A stretch of 64,000 nucleotides of DNA. It comes from Candidatus Methanogaster sp. (lineage in GTDB: Archaea; Halobacteriota; Methanosarcinia; Methanosarcinales; Methanogasteraceae). Below are positions 30,352 to 40,882 of this stretch, piece after piece (the first letter of the stretch is position 1; the number at the start of each line of letters is the position of its first letter). Location: contig PQXF01000001.1 of assembly GCA_003194445.1 (NCBI GenBank), positions 140,014 through 204,013 of the forward strand, in the 5' to 3' direction. The notes beneath the pieces are model-generated. The model made no database searches. It saw only the letters and a list, made by a program, of their open reading frames with translations, and was not told where the DNA came from. A program made the position numbers and the translations under genes.

Positions 30352-32040
30352 GTGACCATGACCAAATGTATTCTGATAATCATCGCCATATTTGTGATAG
30401 CTGCAGGAACAGCGTCCGCAGCTACGGTGTATGTGCCAAGCACATATCCGACGATACAGGCTGCTGTTGACAGTGTAGGCACTGGCGATACGGTCTATGT
30501 GTACAACGGCACATATATAGAGAACGTTACTGTGAAGAAGGGGATTTTACTGCAAGGTGAGGGGAAGGATGTTGTGACGATCGATGGTAACGGCAGGACT
30601 GCACTGGATGTAAGGTCTTCTAATGTCGATATCAGTGGATTTGCGATAACAAACAGCCAGGACGGAATAGCCATGACGATCAGCAAGAATTGTACGATAA
30701 GTGGCTGCGACATGCATTCAAACACCAATGGCATCCATCTGTTGATGTCCTGCAATTACAACACGATAAGCGACTGCACCATGCATTCGAACAGCGATTA
30801 CGGGATATATTTCAGTAAATCATGTAACCATAACACGGTAAGTGGCTGCGATGCGTATTCAAACACCGATGGCGTCCATCTTTCGAAATCGTGCAACCAC
30901 AACAAGATAAACGACTGCACCATGCATTTGAACAGCAATTGTGGGATATACCTCTGGAGAGCATGTAAATGTAACACGATAAGTGGTTGCGACGTATATT
31001 CCAATGAGGGAAAAGGGATCCTCGCCTTCATGTCATGCGATAACAACAGCATAATCGGCTGCAACGCGTATTCGAATAAGGATAACGGAATTATACTGCA
31101 GAAGATGTGCAGCGGAAACACGATAGAAGACTGCAACGCAACATCGAATATAAGAAATGGCATCATTCTCTTTCAGGCAAGCGGAGGTAACACGGTACGA
31201 AACTGCGGCGCGCATTCGAATCTGATAGATGGTATCGTCCTCTTTCAGACAAGCAATGGAAACATGATACATGGCTGTGGCGCGCATTCGAATAGCAGAG
31301 CTGGTATATACATAACCCACGCAAGCAATGGCAACACAGTGACCGGTTGTGATGCAAGAGATAACAAAGACGGCATCCGTATATCTCACACAAGCAATGG
31401 CAACACGGTGAGTGGCTGTGATGCGAAAGATAACAACAATGGCATCATCATATCTCACGTAAGCAATGGAAACATGGTGGCTGACTGTAACGCGACATCG
31501 AATCTGCAAAGCGGAGTCTCTATAACCATGAACAGCAAAGGAAATGAAATAACCAGTTGTTTGATAGATTCAGCCGAGTATGGTCTGGTCATGTCAAGAG
31601 CCAGTACCGGAAACGTAGTAAGCGGCACCACCATCCGCAATATCGGTTCTCGCGACTTCCTGCTGGAGTACGCATCATCAGGAAGCGCGATTGAGACGCC
31701 GTTTGAGACGATTGGCGTCAGTCTTTCATCCATGCTCTCTGTCAGAAACTATCTTTATGTGAAGGTCATGGCTGGTACAACCCCGGTCGGAGGCGCTGAC
31801 GTCCGCGTTACCGATGATGGGCATATAGTATATGCATCATCAGGGTACGGCGGATCGGACCCGCGTACCGATTCTGCCGGGCTCTGCAGCAGGATTCTGG
31901 TGACCGACCGCATCTATCACCATCTCAGCAGCACCGCTGCCGAGAACACCACCCTTGTCAGTGCGAAGCATGGCGCATGGACTGAAACGGATAGGGATGT
32001 GGACATGTCCGAATCGCATACCGAGGAGTTCTTCATCTAA
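30352..32040 (+). CDS. Secreted right-handed beta-helix (NosD/CASH) protein
   Basis: Signal peptide, YPTIQAAVD..GTYIENV, and 22-23-aa repeats. Confidence 0.88.
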   Translation: MTMTKCILIIIAIFVIAAGTASAATVYVPSTYPTIQAAVDSVGTGDTVYVYNGTYIENVTVKKGILLQGEGKDVVTIDGNGRTALDVRSSNVDISGFAITNSQDGIAMTISKNCTISGCDMHSNTNGIHLLMSCNYNTISDCTMHSNSDYGIYFSKSCNHNTVSGCDAYSNTDGVHLSKSCNHNKINDCTMHLNSNCGIYLWRACKCNTISGCDVYSNEGKGILAFMSCDNNSIIGCNAYSNKDNGIILQKMCSGNTIEDCNATSNIRNGIILFQASGGNTVRNCGAHSNLIDGIVLFQTSNGNMIHGCGAHSNSRAGIYITHASNGNTVTGCDARDNKDGIRISHTSNGNTVSGCDAKDNNNGIIISHVSNGNMVADCNATSNLQSGVSITMNSKGNEITSCLIDSAEYGLVMSRASTGNVVSGTTIRNIGSRDFLLEYASSGSAIETPFETIGVSLSSMLSVRNYLYVKVMAGTTPVGGADVRVTDDGHIVYASSGYGGSDPRTDSAGLCSRILVTDRIYHHLSSTAAENTTLVSAKHGAWTETDRDVDMSESHTEEFFI

Positions 32041-32236
32041 CCCGCTGATTGGTCAGGTTATACTTTCTGCCGCGGTAGTACAATCTTTCCGATAATAGAT
32101 CAGAAAAAATCGGTGATAACCAAATTCAGGTTATTTGCCCGAACTTGTGCATTCATGATCTCTTAAAACCAAACTTTAACAAAATTTTGACCGGAAAAAA
32201 ATTAAAAAGCGTATTAGCGTATTAGAGCTCATACCG

Positions 32237-33007
32237 TCACCGAGCCCCAACCGCGGTCCCACCTGAAAATGCACCTTCGACGAACCTGGGATGCGTAAGT
32301 TCGATGATCGTTTCAAGATTCACTATGTCTTCCCGGTTGTACTTCAGCAACAGTTCGAGCGCATCCGCACTGCCGCGTTCGTACTCGTGCCAGAGCCGGA
32401 CTGCATCAAATCCGGTGATCCCTGTCGTATCCTCGCTCCGTTTGATCCCGAGCATCTGCTCGATTGCCTTGAGACCGCCCGCGTAACCGATGCGCCGCAG
32501 AGGATACATCAGGTCCGTATGCAACTGGTCAAATTCGATCTCCGGGTACTCTCGCTTGATAAACGGCAGGTCAAAACGTGCGCCGTTATAGGTCACCAGA
32601 AAATCGTATTTTGCAAACGCATCGACGATCTCGTCAAGGTCGATCCCGCGCACGTAGGTCTTCGCGCTCTTGCCATCGTATATCCCGACAACGGTCATGT
32701 GGGCATAGTTCGGAGATAGACCTGTGGTCTCGATGTCCACAAAGGCAATTTTATCCTTAAAATCGCGGTATGCGCGCCAGTGCTCGGATTTCGGGAGCGA
32801 TTCTGCAAAGAATCGAGCGTCACGTGCAATGAGGCGCTGCATGGACTCATCGATCCCTGCAAGGATGGTCGTCTTCTTTGCATCGGATATGGGTATCTCG
32901 TCTTGGTGTTCTGCGAACTCGGACCATGTCCTGATGCCGCAGGACCATATCCGGTGTTCGATCGTACTCCCGATGCGGGGTATGTGGATGTATGTGCTTG
33001 TGAGCAT
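32237..33007 (-). CDS. RNase H-like (YprB/RNase_H_2) exonuclease
   Basis: FVDIETTGL, TYNGARFDLP, YNRED. Confidence 0.88.
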   Translation of the reverse strand: MLTSTYIHIPRIGSTIEHRIWSCGIRTWSEFAEHQDEIPISDAKKTTILAGIDESMQRLIARDARFFAESLPKSEHWRAYRDFKDKIAFVDIETTGLSPNYAHMTVVGIYDGKSAKTYVRGIDLDEIVDAFAKYDFLVTYNGARFDLPFIKREYPEIEFDQLHTDLMYPLRRIGYAGGLKAIEQMLGIKRSEDTTGITGFDAVRLWHEYERGSADALELLLKYNREDIVNLETIIELTHPRFVEGAFSGGTAVGAR

Positions 33008-33254
33008 GGTTCTCCCTTTTTCAGAAGATAATGGTAATCATGTAACTAAAATCTTATTGCGTTATGGTGGTTGAGTGGAAGGCTCTTTGCGAACGCTTGC
33101 GGTAAATTGTAACAACTTTTGGAGCATATACGGAGATATTACGTATATGTGTAACAAGGATATCAAGAGGATAACGTGATCTCAAAAACATCTGGCGGAA
33201 CCGGATCATTCCCAATAGCCTCTCGTCTCTTCGGTTATGAGGTGCTTCGCATCG

Positions 33255-33484
33255 GCACAATCGCAAACTCCAGTGAAAACGCTCTGATTTTATGGTGGTG
33301 TGCACGTGTTCGAACATTCGTGCAATTCATGCAATTCGCGTCATTCGTTACTATTTGTGATCTCTTGGTGCTGATTTTATGCCAACGGCTTCGCTCGCTA
33401 CGCTCACAGTCACGAATGCCACGAATAAACGAATGGCGCGAATCGAGTAAATCGGCGGAAATCACTGGATTTTTAGACGGCATC
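33255..33484 (-). mobile_element. MITE-like family A copy
   Basis: Reverse-complement match to 12309-12501 and 5604-5760. Confidence 0.8.
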
Positions 33485-33516
33485 CTTTACATCATTGGAA
33501 CTACCGGGGTGGAACC

Positions 33517-35043
33517 GTGAGTGTGAGTGATAGAGATAGCGAGCCAGCACCCGGCAGTATGTTTGTATTGCTAAGCGAACTGATCGATAAACTGGTGTCC
33601 AATTATGATATCAGACTGAAATACCTTGAAACCGGTGATTCGGATCCCTCCTCCTACATCCATGTCTTTACAGCGTCCAGGCGTGCCGACCTCTACATCA
33701 AGACCCGCAGCGATCAGAACGATCTTGCAAGACTGCTCGCAAGCCACGAGATCGCGCATCTGCCGCACATAAACGATCTGATCGCGGGCTACCGCGAGAT
33801 CACAGAGGCGGAGAAGATAAGCGATGCCGACATCTGGAGCGGGCAGTACCTGGACGCGGATATCGTGCATTTCGCAACAAACATCGTCTCTGACTATGCA
33901 ATCAACCGCGGGATGGATACCTGTGCTTACGAGCCAATGGATGCGTCGCTCATAGACTCGCTTGCAGAATCGAAGAGTGACGATGCCTATACCATAGCGA
34001 TGCTCATCCTGCTGTCACGGCATCCACACACATTCCCGGAATTTCGTGAGGGGCGTCCATACCAAAACCAAGATCAAAACAGAGACAGAGGGCGGGACAG
34101 AGATCGTGATCCGGGTTGGGACGGTGAGATCATGGAAAGCATAACAAAACTCGCAGGATCTGACCAGTTCAGGCACCTTGTTAGTCTCGTGGCAGATTCG
34201 GCAGAGCATCTCACGAAGAAGCGGTTTACCGAGTTTGTCGAGTCGGCATCTGCGCTGGCAGGCGTTTTGAGCTCGGTCTGGCGCTCGGACAACACGCCGT
34301 GGCGGATGATGAAGAAGAATACCGATGTGATCCATGAGCGCACGCCGCAGTACATCAAGCAGGAGAAGTTCTGCGAATTTGCGCCAGAGACCCTCGCCCA
34401 GAAGATCGATGGCATGAGCATCGGAAGCGGGAAGGGTGTACTTGAATACGATGAAGCCGAATGCGCCGGGATGGCGCGGGAACTGAAACTGCCAGCCCTT
34501 CTCGAGCGCGGGCTTGGAATCGAGAGACCGCGCCTCGTAACACGATACCGTGGCACAAGCATGTCACTTGCCGACAAGAAACGTCTCATTCTATTCGATT
34601 CAAGTAATATGTGGCTCGAGCGGGAACTGGAGAAGCGAAAAACGGTCTGGGTGCTTGTTGACACCTCCTCGAGCATGACCAAATCGATCACATCGGCAAA
34701 GATGCTGGCAAACACCATCCACAGGTATTTCAAGTCCAGGACAAAGATCATCACTTTCAATGCAGGCGCATCTCAGACCGACATCGCTGCACTGCGGTCT
34801 ATGACCGCGGGAGGTGGAACCGATGTGAGTTCGGTGCTGCCACACTTAAACACAAGCCACAATGATCCGATCGTGCTGATCAGCGATTTTAAGTTTCTGA
34901 TGTCGCATTTCTACCCGTTTCTGGGACATGTTGAGCGACATCGCCCTGAGATGATGTTTATGCCGATCGATCAGGAGAGTGTGGCACGTCTTGGTTCGCT
35001 TATGTCTGCGTGGAAAGGAAGTCTGCGATATCTGGTGGTGTGA
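33517..35043 (+). CDS. HExxH metallopeptidase-like + VWA-domain protein
   Basis: SHEIAH..NIVSDYAIN; MIDAS DTSSSM, GGGT, ISD. Confidence 0.8.
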   Translation: MSVSDRDSEPAPGSMFVLLSELIDKLVSNYDIRLKYLETGDSDPSSYIHVFTASRRADLYIKTRSDQNDLARLLASHEIAHLPHINDLIAGYREITEAEKISDADIWSGQYLDADIVHFATNIVSDYAINRGMDTCAYEPMDASLIDSLAESKSDDAYTIAMLILLSRHPHTFPEFREGRPYQNQDQNRDRGRDRDRDPGWDGEIMESITKLAGSDQFRHLVSLVADSAEHLTKKRFTEFVESASALAGVLSSVWRSDNTPWRMMKKNTDVIHERTPQYIKQEKFCEFAPETLAQKIDGMSIGSGKGVLEYDEAECAGMARELKLPALLERGLGIERPRLVTRYRGTSMSLADKKRLILFDSSNMWLERELEKRKTVWVLVDTSSSMTKSITSAKMLANTIHRYFKSRTKIITFNAGASQTDIAALRSMTAGGGTDVSSVLPHLNTSHNDPIVLISDFKFLMSHFYPFLGHVERHRPEMMFMPIDQESVARLGSLMSAWKGSLRYLVV

Positions 35044-35167
35044 TCGCAAAAGTGCGTTTCTGGCATCTGCTCATGTACTGATAGTGATTGGACGGTGGAA
35101 AAAATAAAACAGACCCTGAAACTTCAAGCAGGATCTGTGTTTAACCGCATGTCCTCTATCGGATATT

Positions 35168-35710
35168 TCAGTATCCGCAGTATCCGCCTGCTCCAAGTGC
35201 CGCAAGGAACGCCGCACCCAGCACCACGATCAACAATACCGCGATTGTTGTCAGCACGACTATCGGTATGAATATCGCTATCGCAGACCTCAATGTCGTG
35301 ATATTATGGACAAAGGTTCCGCCAACAATTCCAAGGTAGATCGCATAAAGTCCGATGATCCAACCGATGATCGGTATCCACGAAATCGCTTCCACTGCTG
35401 ATGCATAAGCCATTATCCGAACCGTGCCCTCGTAACTTCCGGACCCACCAACGATCTTGAAGCAGATATGGAACATCAATCCGAAGATGAACAGCGCGAT
35501 AATCCCGAATATCGGTGCAGCAATAACTGCTGCAAACATGCTGCCAAATGTGATAAGTGCTATCCCGATACCCGATATTAGGTAGTTTACGACCGCGAAC
35601 TTAAGCGGCTCTTCATACCCGCCCGATGTCGGCATCTCCTTGAAGAAGTCACCTGGCGTGGTTATCACTTTCTTCCATGTTCCGATGAACTCGTCTATGA
35701 ATTCACTCAT
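35168..35710 (-). CDS. YIP1-family membrane protein
   Basis: PGDFF, GGSGSYEGTVRIMAYA, WIPIIG. Confidence 0.85.
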   Translation of the reverse strand: MSEFIDEFIGTWKKVITTPGDFFKEMPTSGGYEEPLKFAVVNYLISGIGIALITFGSMFAAVIAAPIFGIIALFIFGLMFHICFKIVGGSGSYEGTVRIMAYASAVEAISWIPIIGWIIGLYAIYLGIVGGTFVHNITTLRSAIAIFIPIVVLTTIAVLLIVVLGAAFLAALGAGGYCGY

Positions 35711-35997
35711 TATTTACCCTCCTCTGACTTGTGATCATTCGCTATGACCCTGATTAGTTCGGTATGTACGCTATATAAATCTTTGCTATAGAATCGATGC
35801 ACAAAATAGATTGATGCCCCCAATCGAACGATGAAATTTCCAGTGACGATGAAATGTCATTTGAATCTCGCACATCCCGCAGAACATAGCGAAGACCTCA
35901 TGAAGACGAGGCGATCGCGTTACCATTATATGTCACTCGAAACCATAGACCATAGTATAGATCGAGATAGCTCGAGAGATAGAAGAGGTGTAAAAAA

Positions 35998-36345
35998 ATG
36001 TTTCCAGGACTTGGGAAGGGCATGAGCCCACGAAAGATGAAGCAGATGATGAAACAGATGGGTATCAGCGTCACAGAGATCGAGAACGTGGAAGAAGTGA
36101 TCATTAAAACCGCGGACTCGGAGATCGTCTTTGATGATGCCGCGGTTTCGATCATGGATGCGGCAGGCACGAAGACCTACCAGCTGATGGGCACGCCGCA
36201 TGAGCGTGCAAGGGAACTTGCGATACCTGCGGAGGATGTGCAACTCGTGATCGAGCAGACAGGTGCAAGCGAGGATGCGGCACGCGAAGCACTGGAAGAT
36301 GCTGGCGGCGATCTCGCTGATGCGATCATGAGGTTGAGCGTGTGA
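35998..36345 (+). CDS. nac: Archaeal nascent polypeptide-associated complex protein
   Basis: PRKMKQMMKQMG, DVQLVIEQTG..GDLADAI. Confidence 0.95.
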   Translation: MFPGLGKGMSPRKMKQMMKQMGISVTEIENVEEVIIKTADSEIVFDDAAVSIMDAAGTKTYQLMGTPHERARELAIPAEDVQLVIEQTGASEDAAREALEDAGGDLADAIMRLSV

Positions 36346-36385
36346 GGATCTGATCCAATCCAATCAGCGCAGTATAGCAATCGTC

Positions 36386-36434
36386 GAGATGTCTAAAAAT
36401 CCGAGTGTCTTCACTGATTAATTCGATTGTGCCG
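36386..36434 (+). mobile_element. Internally collapsed mini copy of family A
   Basis: TCTAAAAATCCGAGTG start joined to the GATTGTGCC end. Confidence 0.55.
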
Positions 36435-36613
36435 CAATCATCAATGAACGCGCCTCTGTTTGGTGCAATCCCGCACACTTCCGGCACGACCTGGAGTTTG
36501 CCACGAAGCCGCATGCCCGCGGGCGTCGGTGATCACATCCCCAGACCCTATCGATGGGTTTTCCTGCGGCGATATCGATCGCTTGCAGGGATTGCCGACC
36601 GATAATCTTCGAG

Positions 36614-36866
36614 TCTCTGGTAACGACTCTGTCGTCGGTGCTTGCGTTATCTCGCGTTACGGCGACCAAAACTCCGGAGACTTTTTGATATTTTCGAAAT
36701 AGGGTTTTTTGGAAAGCTGTATGGGAACAGAGTGGCACAGAAGGGATGAAAGATAGAAATAGCAACTCTCTATGATCCCCTATGCTTTTTGTGGTTTAAT
36801 CTTCCATAATATGACCGGATCCTCCGGAAGAGTGAACAAGTGTATGCACTCGCGAATTACCAGAGA
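36614..36866. mobile_element. MITE-like family B copy
   Basis: Colinear with 6763-6993; TCTCTGGTAA / TTACCAGAGA termini. Confidence 0.75.
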
Positions 36867-37029
36867 GGTATAGTCTTGCACCACATCCCCTAACTACAGG
36901 AACAATGTTTCTAAACAATGTTTCTCATTGTTTTATAAACTTTTTGTGGTTATATGGAGTATCGCCATGGCTGATAGGGTGTGACAGTTGTGGCTGCAAC
37001 AGAACACAAACCAAAAGGAGAGATGATAT

Positions 37030-38118
37030 ATGACCAAAGAATCCACAGAGGAACAGGTATTTTCAGAGGAATACATTGAAGACATAGAAGACGAGCTTGA
37101 ATGGGTCGAGGGGGATATTGAGGCAGAGGCTGAGCCCAGCGTGGCTGATGAGTACGAAACAGAAGCCGGGGAACTTGAAGACCATGATGAAGTCTCCAGC
37201 GATGAGCCCATAGCAGGCGAAGTTGATTTGGAGCCTCCGGAGTATGGTGAGGAAGGGGCACCGTCCGCCGTCGAAGCTGACCTTGAGTTAGAACCGATGG
37301 AAGGCTACGATGAGAGTATTTTGGAGATGAGCCGCGAGGAAGCCCAGACCGACGAAGCACGTATGTTGGACGCGTGGTACGCGGAGTTTGCCGATCCTAC
37401 GACTATTGCTTTGGCACGACAACAGCCCAGCATCAGCCAAACAACCGCCGAGGTCGTGATCGGTAAAGATGACCGTATTCAGGTTAATAACACCACTGCG
37501 TATCCATGGCGCACTATCTGCTCGCTGATAATGACAGCCAGGGATGGTAGTAGGTGGATCGGCACAGGTTGGCTTGTCGGTCCGCGTACGGTCATCACTG
37601 CAGGTCACTGCGTTTACATGCACCGTCATGGTGGTTGGGCCAAGAGTATCGAGGTGATCCCTGGGAGAAATGGATCGAGACGACCTTATGGGTCATGCAT
37701 TGCCACGAGTTTCCGCAGTGTGAAGGGCTGGACACGGAAAAAGAGGCGATCGCATGACTACGGCGCGATCATCCTACCGCGCAACTGTGCTTACGGCAAT
37801 CGACTCGGATACTTTGGTTATGCGAATCTGAGCCACTTTTCACTGCTTGGTCTTACTGTGAACCTCTCAGGGTATCCAGGCGACAAGCCCCGTGGAACAC
37901 AGTGGTGGCACGCACGTCGTATCAAGTGGGTTACATCGAGAAGACTCGTCTACAATATCGACACTGCTGGTGGACAGAGCGGTGCACCGGTATGGCGGTT
38001 GAGGAACGGCAAGCGCCATGTGGTTGGTATTCACACCAACGGTTCAGCGTCCGGAAACTCTGCCACACGCATTGCTAAGCCGGTCTTCAAGAACATCAAG
38101 AAGTGGAAGCATGTATAG
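37030..38118 (+). CDS. V8-like (S1B glutamyl-endopeptidase-type) serine protease with a long acidic N-terminus
   Basis: VIGKDDR, TAGHC, DYG, GYPGDK, GQSGAP; AAGGAG RBS. Confidence 0.9.
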   Translation: MTKESTEEQVFSEEYIEDIEDELEWVEGDIEAEAEPSVADEYETEAGELEDHDEVSSDEPIAGEVDLEPPEYGEEGAPSAVEADLELEPMEGYDESILEMSREEAQTDEARMLDAWYAEFADPTTIALARQQPSISQTTAEVVIGKDDRIQVNNTTAYPWRTICSLIMTARDGSRWIGTGWLVGPRTVITAGHCVYMHRHGGWAKSIEVIPGRNGSRRPYGSCIATSFRSVKGWTRKKRRSHDYGAIILPRNCAYGNRLGYFGYANLSHFSLLGLTVNLSGYPGDKPRGTQWWHARRIKWVTSRRLVYNIDTAGGQSGAPVWRLRNGKRHVVGIHTNGSASGNSATRIAKPVFKNIKKWKHV

Positions 38119-38201
38119 TTCGGAACCATTTGGATACTTTATTCGAAATGGGTCCACCGTGCACGTGCAGGGAACCTGAAATACTATCGCATCAGGCACC
38201 C

Positions 38202-38258
38202 TCCCATGTCTCCTGTAGATTGTGTCGCAGAAGCAATTAATCTACAGGAAACATGGGA
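38202..38258. repeat. 20-bp inverted repeat / hairpin
   Basis: TCCCATGTCTCCTGTAGATT-N17-AATCTACAGGAAACATGGGA. Confidence 0.8.
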
Positions 38259-38429
38259 AGCACGAACTTGCAAGGGAAAAACAATTAAGAGGACAACGGA
38301 TGTCGAGGTCAGTGCGATGACGACCGGTGACCGCCGCTTATAGGGGAAATTAGGTCACACAAATAAGGGCAAGTCATATTACACTGCCTTGTGAGTAAGA
38401 TTGATGGCTAAGTAGTAATAAATGGAATT

Positions 38430-38780
38430 ATGTACAATAGTAAAAAAGTGATATTGATCATGTCAAGCATCATCATAGTAATTAGTGTATTGGCTTTACA
38501 AAATATGGTCAATTCGACAGACAAAGGAGCTATTGCAGGACAGGTAACAACAGTACAAGGTGAGCCAGTAGTCGACGCCAGTGTGATGATAACCGGCGAC
38601 AGTCCTGTTCATGAGGATATTGCTGCCCTGACGAATGAACAAGGTGAATACGGGTTTGATGATCTCGTACCGGGAGATTACGCCATTATGGTCAACGCGG
38701 AGAACTATGTTGTACAAACCCGGCATGCGCATGTAGAGGCAGGTCATATTACCCACCTTAATTTCTCGTTAACCATCTGA
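38430..38780 (+). CDS. Carboxypeptidase-regulatory-like (Cna-B) single-domain exported protein
   Basis: N-terminal TM; GAIAGQV..GEPV..TNEQGEY..LVPGDY. Confidence 0.8.
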   Translation: MYNSKKVILIMSSIIIVISVLALQNMVNSTDKGAIAGQVTTVQGEPVVDASVMITGDSPVHEDIAALTNEQGEYGFDDLVPGDYAIMVNAENYVVQTRHAHVEAGHITHLNFSLTI

Positions 38781-38977
38781 CTCTGACCATTGAAGCAAGA
38801 ATAGTTCCCTCATACGATAGGTTATCAGGTTGGGTGCGTACAATGGCTACGGTTTGTGAGACCCCACCCAAAAGATACTACCAGTTAAGTGTCTGAACTA
38901 AACGGATACCACTTCACTTACACCATGGTTTCAGCAGTTTGAAAAAGCTCAAGTTGTGGCGGTGCGAAGTAGGGTTG

Positions 38978-39501
38978 TCGGTGTATATCAGTGGCACTGG
39001 TTACGATTTTTTCCAGAAAAAAAGAGATTTTGTAGCCTGTGAAACCAGCAATGCCGGGTTAAGGATCGTCAACCCGGGCGGAGATCCCCTGATCCGAACT
39101 CCCGGGCAGACCTTCTCCTTCACCCGACCATGCTATGCTTCACTTCGAGGTAACTCTTGAGACCATGCATCCCAAGTTCCCTGCCAATCCTGCTCTCGCG
39201 AGTACCTGCCAAACGGCGCATACTTCGGAGCGCCATGATACGTATCGATCCACACCGTTCCTGCCCGGATGTGGCTTGCAACCCTCTTTGTACGAGAAAC
39301 ATCCTCTGACCAGACCGCTCCGGCAAGCCCGTACCTTGTCGTTTGCGATCCCGATTCCATGTGATCAAATATCGTCGGCTCGACAAAGTAGCCAGCCTGG
39401 TCAAGACGTTTCCCACTGGTTACGAGTTCTGCGCCATCCTCGATGATCCGTCAGGATCGTCGAGTCCGTCCCCGATCACAAGCCGTCTCGTCTCTGCGAC
39501 C
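38978..39501 (-). pseudogene. Decayed duplicate of the aldehyde dehydrogenase 3' end plus downstream DNA
   Basis: Direct repeat of 40740-41399 with two internal deletions and frameshifts. Confidence 0.9.
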
Positions 39502-39502
39502 G

Positions 39503-40123
39503 TCATTTCTTTCGCAGTACATATCCCACAAGCAGAAGCAGCCCAATCGAGAACAGTGCTACCGTTGGAAGCTCGGGGATCGGGGGTTCGGGATCAGAAA
39601 CTTGTACACTATAATCTTCTACTTCGCCGTAGCCGATGGGGCCGTATGAGGGCGGTTCTGAGCCCTCTTTTAGAGAAACACGCATTCGTGTTGTTGTTGT
39701 CGACCCATTCGGAACAGTAATAGAAACTGTATGTGGTCCGCCAGTATAACTCCCATTTGCCACTACAAATTTTTCGTCCGTATCGTTGAAGTCTTCGTCC
39801 TGATTCCAATCAATCCAGGCTGTTATATAACAGGCAAAAGCGTCAGGATGAATCGTTACAGACAAATTGTATGAGACACCTCTACTTACTCTTGCGCTTA
39901 TATTTGTATAATTCCCATATCCATCGGTTTCTTTTCCGGTAGTTTCGTTTATCTCGGAAAAATTCACATTAGTAATCCATTCATACTTGGTATTACCATT
40001 AGAATCCGGATAAGCAGCTAATGCACTTGGCGCACACAGCACAAGTATCACTGCAACCAAAATGGAAAATCCCAAAGGCTTTATGTTACGGCTCCCTCTT
40101 CTATTTCGCACTTTTATATCCAT
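39503..40123 (-). CDS. GEVED-domain secreted protein with a PEF-CTERM-like sorting tail
   Basis: AWIDWNQDEDF, YGEVEDY; IPELPTVALFSIGLLLLVGYVLRKK. Confidence 0.88.
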   Translation of the reverse strand: MDIKVRNRRGSRNIKPLGFSILVAVILVLCAPSALAAYPDSNGNTKYEWITNVNFSEINETTGKETDGYGNYTNISARVSRGVSYNLSVTIHPDAFACYITAWIDWNQDEDFNDTDEKFVVANGSYTGGPHTVSITVPNGSTTTTRMRVSLKEGSEPPSYGPIGYGEVEDYSVQVSDPEPPIPELPTVALFSIGLLLLVGYVLRKK

Positions 40124-40364
40124 ATTTACCACCCTTTTTGCTTTATCTTCGCCCACGTATACCCCATTTATGATTGGTAGCAGGGACATACGAGTATGCT
40201 ACAATGTCTCTTCGTTGTACCACCTATAAAAGCTTTTCGGTTTTTTTTGGGGCTGTCACAGTATATGGCGTTTAAGTCATATCTTCATCGGTGGTGCGAT
40301 TGGATAAGCCCAGATATAATATGAAATCTCTTGAATGAATCTCGCTCTTGGGCAAATAACATTT

Positions 40365-40440
40365 AACCTGTGTCCATCTGGGAAATCTGTGGCTGATAAA
40401 AGCTTTTAGCCACAGATTAACACTGATTACACAGATTTTA
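40365..40440. repeat. REP-like palindromic repeat family C
   Basis: AATCTGTGGCT..AGCCACAGATT. Confidence 0.75.
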
Positions 40441-40882
40441 TCTACAACTTACTTGAACATACTCATGGAATCGTATGTAGCACCAGATGGCGTGACAATC
40501 TCGGTTTTTTACGATTGTAAAAACGTTAAAGATACTCTCCGCACGAAATTACGCTATTCCGGTTTTATTCTACTATCAACACAAAAGATGGACCGTTGAG
40601 GATCTATCGAGAGAAGAATGCGGAAGAGGCGAGTCCGATAATGATTTATCAGTGCAAGATTGACGAAAATGTAAAAAGATTCGAAGAGAAGTTCTGAACG
40701 CGAAAAGTGTACGCGATCTTATGAGCCTTGTACCAGTCATCGGCGTATATCAGTGGCACTGGTTATGATTTTTTCAGAAAAAAGAGATTTTGTAGCCTGT
40801 GAAACCCACAATGCCGGGTTAAGTTGGGCTGTCAACCCGGGCGGGGACCCCCTGATCCGAACTCCCGGGAAGACCTTCTCCT

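Noticed and set aside
33176..33520. ORFs 33176-33520, 33235-33483, 5476-5778, 6853-7152, 36418-36765 and 46563-46835
   Set aside because: They are translations of MITE-like repeats rather than independent genes.
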